From Anthoceros angustus (lineage: Eukaryota; Plantae; Anthocerotophyta): a DNA stretch of 64,000 nt. The stretch is from positions 124,001 through 188,000 of the forward strand of contig MU008160.1 of NCBI GenBank assembly GCA_010909165.1, in the 5' to 3' direction. The notes below the pieces were generated by a model. The model was not told the origin of the DNA, searched no databases, and saw nothing but the letters and a program-made list of their open reading frames with translations. Shown piece by piece: positions 1 through 10,782 of this stretch (position 1 is the stretch's first letter; each line of letters begins with the position of its first letter). A program made the position numbers and the translations under genes.

Positions 1-190
1 TGGGGGATCAGGGGGATTGGGGGATCAGGGGGATTGGGGGATCAGGGGGATTGGGGGATCAGGGGGATTGGGGGATCAGGGGGATCAGGGGATGGTGGGG
101 ATCAGGGGATGGGGGATGGGGGATGGGGGAATGTGGGGAATGGGGGAATAGTGGGATGGAGGAGGGGATGTTTGATGGGGATGGGGGATG
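1..190 (+). repeat. G-rich (GGGGAT/GGGGATCA/GGGGATT)n minisatellite, G-quadruplex-prone; truncated by window start
   Basis: Directly visible runs of G4-5 separated by AT/ATCA/ATT linkers. Confidence 0.9.
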
Positions 191-240
191 TTTCACAGTA
201 CAGGCCACGAAATGTTACGGAAGAGGGATGAAATCTTTTC

Positions 241-1911
241 TTGGAGGATGAGCAACAGAAAAAAAGATGCGACGAAGCCAAGGAGCAAGCAAAATTTAGC
301 AGCTGTGAAGAGGAGGGAGAAACCGGATTATCTACCTCCAAATTGTATGACATAGCTGGCTTGCATGGCTTCGATGGCTGGTTCCACAAGACTAGGGGCA
401 GAAATCCAAACGAGGGGGAGTCTGAATGGGGAAGACTAGCCAAAGGTTGCAATGATGCGAAAATGCCTTTGTTTTATGAAAAGAAAGGGATGCAGGAGCC
501 ACCACGGGTGGACGCTGGTGAATTCGGCGAATACGAAGATGGAACTTCAAGCAAAGAAGATTAGGTGCCAATAGAGGTTTGTGGCTCAAAGCCAGAGGCA
601 GAAGCAGAAGACGCATACCAGGCACTTATTTGACGACGGCTACCATGCAAGCCTTTTTTTTTTTCGGCTTACCGTGGTGAGTCCTGCTCACAGCTGACTT
701 GTTTCATCATTCATCCTGTTTTAAAAACTGTTTCTGCGCAGTGATGGTGGTAAAAGGCCTAGTCGATGGCATGAGGGTGGACACTCGTGGCTGGATGGAC
801 ACTTGTGAGGTCGAGTTCATGGAGAAAGGTATCTTGGTGGCTTCAAATTCAAAGCTACCTGTCTCATTTTCAAGTGTTCCTCACTATGCCTATTCAATTC
901 TTGCAGATGCAAACCAGGGTTCTCAGAATTCAGCCCAAAATGCTGCAGCGTTCGAGATGAGAGGAGGTGAACCCCGTGGACAGAGGCAGGCTCAAGTCGC
1001 AGGCTGTTTGGTGAGACGGTCACTGAACCCTAGCATGCGACTGTAAGTTTTTTGAGGGTCGACGCTGTTGCTGACCATGGCTATTTTTGGCCGCGGGTGC
1101 AGCAGATGCAGCGGATGAGGATTTCAGCATGAGAAGACTAGACAGTAGCCGCCCGGTGGCTGCAAATAGCAGCCCAATTGAAAACAATCCGCCAGATGGT
1201 ACTCCTGAAGGTAATACAGGATGCATTTTGCCCCCCGATGAGATGGCTGATGGCTGATGGCTGATGTGCGTGAGCTGATAATTAAGGTGATGATGTGCAG
1301 TGCCTAGCAGGGATAGTGAAGAATCCCACCCGAGCGAGGGACAGGTGCCTTTACTCTTAGCTTGGACCAATCAATTGTGCACTGTGATGTGAGTTTTGCA
1401 CCAAAGTTATGGTGTCTTACCTAATGCTCGCCTTCTCTCGCTGTGTGCAGCAATTTCGCCCGTTTGCTCAGCCACTCCAATGCCTAGCAGTCGGGACAGG
1501 CGGATGGCATGGATGGAGAAAAGTAAAGCATACCATATAGAGGCATACTTGCGGAGGAGCCCACGGCCTCTAGTGAAGCTGTATCCTGGTGGATTGACTG
1601 ACAGGATGCTGAAGTTCAAAGCCCTGGACAAGATGAAGAAAAAGAGGGAGACAGAGCAGCTGGAGTATGATAAGCTTCAGGACATGCTTGGCATTCGTAA
1701 CACGTCTGACGCAGGGAGAACAAAGCAGGCCACTGGAGACAAATCAGGCAGAGTGCCTAGGGGAGGGGAGTCAGCATCTGAACTGCAGAGCATGGGTCTG
1801 GATTCTCAAGAAGTATGTCAGCCAAGCCTTCGAGGCAGCACATGCTTTGGCTGCCGAACGCTTGGCTGCACCGAGCAAGTCCGGGTGCAACAGCGGCAAG
1901 TTGCACGGTAG
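241..1911 (+). pseudogene. Unidentified multi-exon gene or gene relic (copy 1)
   Basis: Open blocks (241-564; about 1470-1800 PMPSSRDRRMAWMEKSKAYHIEAYLRR...) separated by AG|...|GT exon-like boundaries (e.g. donor GAG|GTGA at 967, donor GAAG|GTAATA near 1211). No family recognised. Confidence 0.25.
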
Positions 1912-2272
1912 GTCATTAAAGCTCAGGGATAACACCTTCACCCGGGTTTTAGCTAAGGGTCAACATCACGCGAACCCATCCCTTATCGTAGGTAACACGA
2001 GCTTGACCTGGGTTTTAAAATCAGGTGACCCTATTTTCACTCCTACAATTACCAACATGCAGAGTTGAATCCGCTCATCTGTTTCAAGCTGATACGATGT
2101 GTAACATAGGGGAATCAGAACCCTTGCTGAGATTTCTCCCCCAGGGTTGTTTTGATTTATTTTCAAAATACTAAATTAAAAAAAATCTGTTTCAAGCTAC
2201 GATAGTCTTTAGCCCGATGTATTTATCGATCTAATTGTTTCACATTTTCCCAGGCTCAAAGCCTGCAGAATA

Positions 2273-2484
2273 TTATGTAAAGAGAACGCATGCAAGTGTG
2301 ATGCTATCAGGTGTAGTCATGCGCTCTTGTTGCATCCTTGCGTACAGAATGAGGGCTTCCTTGAAGAGCCCCTGCTCAGAGTATATGCGGCAATCAGGGC
2401 AGTCCATGTGACAACATCTCTGACGGGCATGCTGTTAAACACTCGACGGGCATCCTTTAAGCTTCTAGACTTGGAAGAGGCCTG
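2273..2484 (-). pseudogene. PLS-class PPR gene fragment (copy 1)
   Basis: Minus strand reads SLKDARRVFNSMPVRDVVTWTALIAAYT, then a frameshift, then EQGLFKEALILYARMQQERMTTPDSITLACVL, then stop. These are typical PPR motifs. Confidence 0.8.
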
Positions 2485-3119
2485 AAGGAAATCCAGCAAA
2501 GTACTCTTCATATGCAGATGACGGTGACCCATAAGCGGGTTTTGAATGACATAAATGATGAAGCCAGGACAGGTGGTGATGATCACAATGTTGTGCGGAG
2601 AAGCAAGAAAATGAGGAGAATAGATGATCCGTCCTCAAACAGTGAAAGAAGATGAGGAGAATAGATGATCTGTCCTCAAACAGTGAAATCTTGTCAGATG
2701 CAGTCAGAAACACAGGCAGACGAGATCACCGTATAGTGTTATTCCAGAACTGTTTCGGCGGCCAGCATTGAACAAGGAATCAAATGTGGGGTGCTCCCAG
2801 GCCCCGACTTGCGAGATAGGTGGAAGCTGGTAGTCGTGATACACATGCAGATCTATAGGCTTAACGTGACAAGGTTTAAACAGCCTCTCCTTACCTCAGA
2901 TGGCTGACCATGGCTCTGTCCCATAGTTGAGAGCTGCTATGTTGTTTTGTACTGGCATATGAAACAAAGTGGATGCTGCAATGGAGGGGCTCCTGAGGCA
3001 CAAAGAACATGGTGAGGCACTTCTGTGCCTCTGCTGGTTCGGGTGCATCATGAGTGCAATGCACCGTCGAATGTACGTTTGTGTCCTGAAACGCTGGGTG
3101 CCTTAAATCAAATTAGCAG

Positions 3120-3246
3120 GAAAGCTTATTCAGGAGCTGGAAAGCTAATTCGGGAGCTGGAAAGCAAACCTGAGCCTGCTACTCTTGCAGCTTATTCAGG
3201 AGCTGGAAAGCGAACCTGAGCCTGCTACTCTTGCAGCTTATCAGGA
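3120..3246 (+). repeat. Short tandem duplication (GCTTATTCAGGAGCTGGAAAGC...AACCTGAGCCTGCTACTCTTGCA, about 46-bp unit)
   Basis: Directly visible; repeated at about 13256-13382. Confidence 0.75.
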
Positions 3247-4621
3247 GTATGATGCGCACCTCAGCAAGGCTATTACATTGGCTTGTGAGCTTGACTCAGA
3301 AGAGGAAACTCAAAATCGGGAAGAATGTCCTTCCACACTCAAACACAGTGGGCTGTTTTGGTGTTTTGATGTCGTTAGTGCTAGGCTCTAAAGCCATTGA
3401 TATGGAGAAACAGCCGAAAGGTTTCGCTGCGAGCCGAAGCAGACCATCCGAAACAATCCAATTTGCTCCACGAACGATAGAGGCTCTCCGTTAATCTCAA
3501 ACTTCCTGACCATGGTTTAAGTGTCAAACAATGAGATAAAAATTCGTCACAAGAAAGTTGGTACATACACAAAGCATGTGGATCCATGTGCTACACTCAT
3601 CCAATTAAAGCGCTCTGCATACTTCTGGATCCCAGGGAACTACGTCGTATGCACTTTAGTTCTGAGAATCAACCGAACCTTCCACCGGTGACAGGGTTCA
3701 TGTGGCTCTGAATGTACCGAAACCCAAAATGGCAAGTCCAAAATCAGAGCCTCTGCCACTGACATTTTCCAGTTCAACCACAATGTTTACTCCATACAGA
3801 GGCTGTCCGCCAACCCTATTGGGCCACCATAGCTTAGGCTCCAGGAAGACAAGCTGCAAGAAGTGATAGTCTCTTATTCACATTGAGTAGATCATTGAGT
3901 CATGTTTGGCCCAGTTCCACACACGTTTTCCAATGGCTTAAGAGAGTTGATAGAAAATATCGGCTCAATCGTGTGTTGCTTCAATTCTCCACTACTTATG
4001 AAGGCATACTGTGACACCTGGTGTTCAGCCAAGTCGTCAGTATTCAGCGTAACTTGCATTTTGAAATGGCAAAGAAGATCTTCAGAGCATGTGTTCTTCA
4101 AGTCAATTGTCGCATGCAAATAGGCAACTTCGAATCCACCTTCAAATGTGGAGACTAAATGAGGATCTGAGACTGTAACCGGCTGCATTATATAGAACAC
4201 CTGAAACACTTGTGAGAAGCCCTCAGGATGCTGCAAAGCAACAAGTAAAGCACTACATGGTGCCACATTTAAGCATACCCCAGTAAATGAAATGGACACT
4301 TCATCCCAAATGCCTGTGTTTCCTATCTCTGCGTCACAGCACAAGTATCAACCGAGGACAAGCAAAATGCTGTCTCGTACAAGCAGGTCGAGGCAACACC
4401 TCATATACCGTATTGGAATCATCAAGTCCCATCCGTCCACATATTGTGCTGCCACATCCTTTGCAGTCTGCACAGAGCATCAAGGCCCGAACGGAGTCGA
4501 AAAGCATAAAACCATGGTGAGCTCGGACAGAAACGTCCAGACTTAGATCATGGTCCCCACCCCACTTTCGACGAGCCTCAGTCCGTTCCTCGCCGGCTTA
4601 ATCAATCGAATTTTCAGATCC

Positions 4622-5445
4622 CCATCCTGAACAGGCTTCTGAAGTTCTGGCCTATGTGAGCCATCGTGTCACAGAGACGTCACTGGGTACACTGTACGGC
4701 TGCAGGAGGATTGTGATGACGGGAAAGTGGGAGTGCAGAGCCCTGACAAAATCCAGGCTGAGATCAGTCTAAGCTGATCGATACACCTGGCATACTCAAA
4801 TTGATCCTGGACAGTGGAAAGTGTGTTTGCCTATGGGAACTGTGCTCAGCAGACCTGCCCTTTATACATCTTCTCATCCTCATGAACACGTTTGCGAGTA
4901 GCCAGACCGGAACATGCGAACGATGGATCTCCTGGACCCTCTTGCTCGACGGATTTGTGTGGATAGCAAAATTTCGGGCCGAGAGAAGAAATCTGGCTCA
5001 GAAAAAGTCAGGCCTGTGCTAAGGGACACTGAGAATTCGAATGATGCGCCCCGCATCATCTACTTCCGTACATCCTGGGACGTGAGCCTGCCCTACGGCT
5101 ACGGTAGCTAGGATGGGGGCGGGGCCGACAGCCTCGGGTGGAGCATTTCTTGGTTACTGCGCTAAAGACATGGGCACGTCTTCGAGGCGTTTTTTGGGGC
5201 AGGATTCGTGAACGATTGGTTTTGCCAAACCTCACTTCCGTTAGATAACTGTGAAACACATCCATACACGTTCACAGCAGATGCATGTACTGGCAGTGTG
5301 CAGTGCACAGCATCCCATGGCTCGAGGCCGGTGCCGGGTCTCCACTTGTACAGCATCTGATCACATGGATGCTGCAGCCTGCAGCTCCACAATTCCAAAA
5401 GCCTCACAGGATTACTGTAAGCAATGTTCTGAATTGGAAGAGGTG
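4622..5445 (+). pseudogene. Degenerate Ser/Thr kinase (CDPK/CAMK-like) relic, copy 1
   Basis: Collinear remnants: GTLYGCRRIVMTGKWECRALTKSRL (subdomains I-II, cf. CDPK GTTYLC..TGK.YACKSI.KRKL), WELCSADL (V), ENSNDAP.IIYF (VII-like), HLITWMLQP...RITVSNVLNW (XI). Stops and frameshifts; catalytic HRD/DFG not recognisable. Confidence 0.4.
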
Positions 5446-6004
5446 GAGGCCACCATTGACAAGAGCCATTGCCAAGAGGTAGGTTCCCCAAGCCAAATCA
5501 AGCAGTAGCGTTCCTGATCCTTAATCGGATTTTGTGAATGGTAGGAATCGTGTGGAGTAATCCACATGCTGCTGAGCATGGTAAGCGTCGTCTGGAGTAA
5601 TTCAGATGCTGATGAGCATGGTACGAATCGTGTGGAGAAATTCAATTGCTCCTGAGCATGGTTGAAGATGTCCCTTGGTGTTGGCCTCTTCCCTACATGT
5701 ATCCCAAAGGAACAAGACAGAACAGTCTACCAAAGCATGTGAATACATGGATTCATAGATACCAAAATTATACAGATCGAAATTATTCAACTTTGAGGTA
5801 GATTACAAACCAAAATTACACACAAGTATAGTAAAACTGCACCACACAAAGTTGAGAGCACGTCTCTATATGTAGACGGGTGTCTCCAACGGATCTCATC
5901 GGTTCAAGCAAGGCATCTATCCGATCTCTTTGATTGTAGCACGCAAATATCAAAGTGTTTGTTCGTACAGCCTAGTGGGTCGTGAATTAAAGGAGCCAGA
6001 GAAG

Positions 6005-6715
6005 CTAGAGATGGAACAGGCGCTTCTGCGCATCCAGGAGGTACTGGGTCTGCTTGGGCGTGATTCCGAATGCCTGCCCTAAAACATCCGAAGGAATGTC
6101 GGAACTCATGAGAGCGCTCACAAAGTTTTGAGCAGGAGAGTACTGCGTGTTCAGAGCCGAGATGACCCAAGACAGACCGTCCGCCACATTCTTCATGAAA
6201 ATCAAAGATCCCCGAGGAAACACAAACACTTCTCCCTTCTTCAGAATGGTCTTGTACAGCTTGTGGCTCTGAGACGGCACGAACGCCACCTCCAGCTCTC
6301 CCTCCACCAAGTAGATGATCTCGGTGGCTCGTGCGTGGTGGTGAGGTGGGTTGAGCCCCCCCTTGCCGAAGTCGATCCTCTGCAATGCAATGCCCAGAGT
6401 GTTGAGCCCCGGGAAGACGTTCACAAACCCGCTGGTGATGACGCAGCCCAGAGGGTGCTTGCTGGTGTCGCCCGGCGTCACCAACCCAGAGAATTTGAAA
6501 TCCTCAGCGGTGGTCTCTTCCACCGACTTGCAGATGAACCCGTTGATGTGGGGATTGGGATTCTTGGTGTCCTTGGCCACGCAGAAATCCTGCAGCGGGT
6601 CGGGGTCGGATGCTGCCGTGAAGCTGGGCGCGCAAGCAACGAAGAAGAGCACAGCAGACGAGATCATGATCAGCTGCATCGTTGCGTCCAGGAGTGTGGT
6701 GTCGCAGCGGGCCAT
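6005..6715 (-). CDS. Germin-like protein 1 (cupin), intronless, secreted
   Basis: 236-aa ORF with signal-like MQLIMISSAVLFFVACAPSFTAA, QDFCVA, NGFxCK, box 1 GGLNPPHHHARATEIIYLVEG and box 2 GEVFVFPRGSLIFMKN. Confidence 0.95.
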   Translation of the reverse strand: MARCDTTLLDATMQLIMISSAVLFFVACAPSFTAASDPDPLQDFCVAKDTKNPNPHINGFICKSVEETTAEDFKFSGLVTPGDTSKHPLGCVITSGFVNVFPGLNTLGIALQRIDFGKGGLNPPHHHARATEIIYLVEGELEVAFVPSQSHKLYKTILKKGEVFVFPRGSLIFMKNVADGLSWVISALNTQYSPAQNFVSALMSSDIPSDVLGQAFGITPKQTQYLLDAQKRLFHL

Positions 6716-6898
6716 TGCTGAGGAGTTCGGTCCACAAGACCTGAATCCTTGAGCGATAGAATGCGAGTCTCAGAGGAGATAGAAGGTGAGTCTCGAGGAG
6801 ATCGGAATATATGTGAGTCACAAAGGAGCTCGCAGACTAGATTGCAGCTGGAAGGCAGAGTGCTGCAGAAGGTGATGGTGATTAGGGGGCTTGCGGGG

Positions 6899-6905
6899 TT
6901 TTATA
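6899..6905 (-). promoter_or_regulatory. TATA box of GLP1
   Basis: GGCGATGGTATAAA context conserved upstream of all four GLPs. Confidence 0.6.
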
Positions 6906-7322
6906 CCATCGCCCACAAGGCCAGATCTTTCTGCCAGGCATGATCGTACGTATGCGCAGCCGTTAATCCGGTGTTCTGAGGTCCAGATGGTCTGCAACAA
7001 AAATCTGTGGAGGGAAATTTTACGAGCACATGAATAGTCTGCAAATGGACTAAGGGTGCGTGATGGCCTGCCGGGATGCAGGCGCGAACACTGTGCGTCC
7101 GGACACCATTCTCGATGCCATCTGACGTCGGGTGGACAAGGATTTTGGGAAATGGTGCAGAGCTGAATTCAGCTTCCAGGCAATTGCTTAGGACTGTAAC
7201 GGCAAAGCAAGTTGCGTTTCTGGAAGACAGCGTCAACCTCCACTGTAGGCTGTAGGTACGCGCCAATGCCGCCCTAGCTTCAGATCCTCTCCTCGATTGA
7301 ATAATGAGATCCATCTTGGAAG

Positions 7323-7490
7323 TTGCAACTTAGGGTTCGTTGCAAAGTAGGGTTTGCGAGGCTAGAAGAAGAAGAATTTTATTTAAGTCCACTAAGGACG
7401 GATTTTCCGTCACAGGACAGGACGGATTTTCCGTCACGGGACTTGGTACTTAACAACTTGTACCATGGTGTGCCTAAACTACTTGCACCA
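7323..7490 (+). repeat. 168-bp templated insertion copied from 17699-17866
   Basis: Near-identical to 17699-17866. The uninterrupted site reads GTTGCAAGTTGCACCA (about 17397-17410); microhomologies are TTGCAA and TTGCACCA. Confidence 0.85.
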
Positions 7491-7894
7491 ATGCACTTCC
7501 TGTTTTTAGGTCCCATTCATCGCGGACGATCCGGTCACCATCTCTTGTCAGGCTGCAGCTCCGGGAACTCGCCTTCTATCACAGGTTGCATTCACTGCCT
7601 CGGTTTCTAGAAGCTGGGTGCGGATTCATGGCCCAACACAACTGAGACCCACAAATCAGAAACCGCCAGCCACACATCCCGCCAGCCACACATCCATCTG
7701 TAACTACCCATGGCGGCATTAGCACGAAGGAAAGAACTCTGACTGGTTCCTAGAAACTTGGAAGGCGAAACTCGGAAGGAAGAACTCTGAGTGTGAACCC
7801 CAGAATGACGAGGGCCTTCCGGCCATTTTCTTGTCCGAAAATTCGAGGGAAATTAATTTTAGATTTCTTAGGGTCGAATTAAGTGGTCGAATTT

Positions 7895-8180
7895 GGATGG
7901 GGGATGAGGGGATGAGGGGCATGAGGGGATGAGGGGATGGTGGGGATGGGGGATGAGGGGATGGTGGGGATGAGGGGATGAGGGGATGGGGGATTGGGGA
8001 TCAGGGGATTGGGGATCAGGGGATTGGGGGACTCAGGGGATTGGGGGGATCAGGGGGATTGGGGATCAGGGGGATCAGGGGATGGTGGGGATCAGGGGAT
8101 GGGGGATGGGGGATGGGGGAATGTGGGGAATGGGGAATAGTGGGATGGAGGAGGGGGATGTTTGATGGGGGATGGGGATG
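7895..8180 (+). repeat. G-rich (GGGGAT)n minisatellite heading the duplicated unit
   Basis: Same repeat as 1-190, followed by the same unique sequence TTTCACAGTACAGGCCACG. Confidence 0.9.
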
Positions 8181-10570
8181 TTTCACAGTACAGGCCACGA
8201 AATGTTACGGAAGAGGGATGAAATCTTTTCTTGGAGGATGAGCAACAGAAAAAAAGATGCGACGAAGCCAAGGAGCAAGCAAAATTTAGCAGCTGTGAAG
8301 AGGAGGGAGAAACCGGATTATCTACCTCCAAATTGTATGACATAGCTGGCTTGCATGGCTTCGATGGCTGGTTCCACAAGACTAGGGGCAGAAATCCGAG
8401 GGGAGTCTGAATGGGAAGACTAGCCAAAGGTTGCAATGATGCGAAAATGCCTTTTGTTTTATGAAAAGAAAGGGATGCAGGAGCCACCACGGGTGGACGC
8501 TGGTGAATTCGGCGAATACGAAGATGGAACTTCAAGCAAAGAAGATTAGGTGCCAATAGAGGTTTGTGGCTCAAAGCCAGAGGCAGAAGCAGAAGACGCA
8601 TACCAGGCACTTATTTGACGACGGCTACCATGCAAGCCTTTTTTTTTTTCGGCTTACCGTGGTGAGTCCTGCTCACAGCTGACTTGTTTCATCATTCATC
8701 CTGTTTTAAAAACTGTTTCTGCGCAGTGATGGTGGTAAAAGGCCTAGTCGATGGCATGAGGGTGGACACTCGTGGCTGGATGGACACTTGTGAGGTCGAG
8801 TTCATGGAGAAAGGTATCTTGGTGGCTTCAAATTCAAAGCTACCTGTCTCATTTTCAAGTGTTCCTCACTATGCCTATTCAATTCTTGCAGATGCAAACC
8901 AGGGTTCTCAGAATTCAGCCCAAAATGCTGCAGCGTTCGAGATGAGAGGAGGTGAACCCCGTGGACAGAAGCGTTATGGTCCTTCGTTCATCCCTTTGGA
9001 ACAGTAGTTGTGCAACTCTGTACGTAGTCTACCGTTTCGTCTTGTTGCAGTGTCGTATGCCGATTGCAGTCAGCTCATTGTGATAGTATTCATGATATTT
9101 TCTCTGCGTCGACCGTTTTCCAGGATCATCTGTTTTGCTCAACTTTCTTCCATTGGACTCGTGATTGGTCAGCCTCTTGCCTTTTCTGGGCAGGAAGGTC
9201 CTCAGGTGCTTAAGTTTCGACCTCCAGCCACCCAGTTGATGATCAATTCAGAATTGTCATTAGCTCGCGTATTGAATATGTACTGATGGGTCGCAGGCTG
9301 TTTGGTGAGACGGTCACTGAACCCTAGCATGCGACTGTAAGTTTTTTGAGGGTCGACGCTGTTGCTGACCATGGCTATTTTTGGCCGCGGGTGCAGCAGA
9401 TGCAGCGGATGAGGATTTCAGCATGAGAAGACTAGACAGTAGCCGCCCGGTGGCTGCAAATAGCAGCCCAATTGAAAACAATCCGCCAGATGGTACTCCT
9501 GAAGGTAATACAGGATGCATTTTGCCCCCCGATGAGATGGCTGATGGCTGATGGCTGATGTGCGTGAGCTGATAATTAAGGTGATGATGTGCAGTGCCTA
9601 GCAGGGATAGTGAAGAATCCCACCCGAGCGAGGGACAGGTGCCTTTACTCTTAGCTTGGACCAATCAATTGTGCACTGTGATGTGAGTTTTGCACCAAAG
9701 TTATGGTGTCTTACCTAATGCTCGCCTTCTCTCGCTGTGTGCAGCAATTTCGCCCGTTTGCTCAGCCACTCCAATGCCTAGCAGTCGGGACAGGCGGATG
9801 GCATGGATGGAGAAAAGTAAAGCATACCATATAGAGGCATACTTGCGGAGGAGCCCACGGCCTCTAGTGAAGCTGTATCCTGGTGGATTGACTGACAGGA
9901 TGCTGAAGTTCAAAGCCCTGGACAAGATGAAGAAAAGAGGGGAGACAGAGCAGCTGGAGTATGATAAGCTTCGGGACATGCTTGGCATTCGTAACACGTC
10001 TGACGCAGGGAGAACAAAGCAGGCCACTGGAGACAAATCAGGCAGAGTGCCTAGGGGAGGGGAGTCAGCATCTGAACTGCAGAGCATGGGTCTGGATTCT
10101 CAAGAAGTATGTCAGCCAAGCCTTCGAGGCAGCACATGCTTTGGCTGCCGAACGCTTGGCTGCACCGAGCAAGTCCGGGTGCAACAGCGGCAAGTTGCAC
10201 GGTAGGTCATTAAAGCTCAGGGATAACACCTTCACCCGGGTTTTAGCTAAGGGGTCAACATCACGCGAACCCATCCCTTATCGTAGGTAACACGAGCTTG
10301 ACCTGGGTTTTAAAATCGGGTGACCCTATTTTCACTCCTACAATTACCAACATGCAGAGTTGAATCCGCTCATCTGTTTCAAGCTGATACGATGTGTAAC
10401 ATAGGGGAATCAGAACCCTTGCTGAGATTTCTCCCCCGGGGTTGTTTTGATTTATTTTCAAAATACTAAATTAAAAAAAAAATCTGTTTCAAGCTACGAT
10501 AGTCTTTAGCCCGATGTATTTATCGATCTAATTGTTTCACATTTTCCCAGGCTCAAAGCCTGCAGAATAT

Positions 10571-10782
10571 TATGTAAAAGAGAACGCATGCAAGTGTGAT
10601 GCTATCAGGTGTAGTCATGCGCTCTTGTTGCATCCTTGCGTACAGAATGAGGGCTTCCTTGAAGAGCCCCTGCTCAGAGTATATGCGGCAATCAGGGCAG
10701 TCCATGTGACAACATCTCTGACGGGCATGCTGTTAAACACTCGACGGGCATCCTTTAAGCTTCTAGACTTGGAAGAGGCCTG
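10571..10782 (-). pseudogene. PPR fragment, copy 2
   Basis: Identical to 2273-2484. Confidence 0.8.

Noticed and set aside
34-251. Gly-rich ORFs, or a telomere-like array
   Set aside because: The ORFs are translations of the minisatellite; the unit is GGGGAT, not TTTAGGG or TTAGGG.
6128-6721. Long antisense ORFs over the GLPs (also 16255-16848 and 32027-32737)
   Set aside because: Shadow frames expected from GC3-rich codon usage; no recognisable protein.
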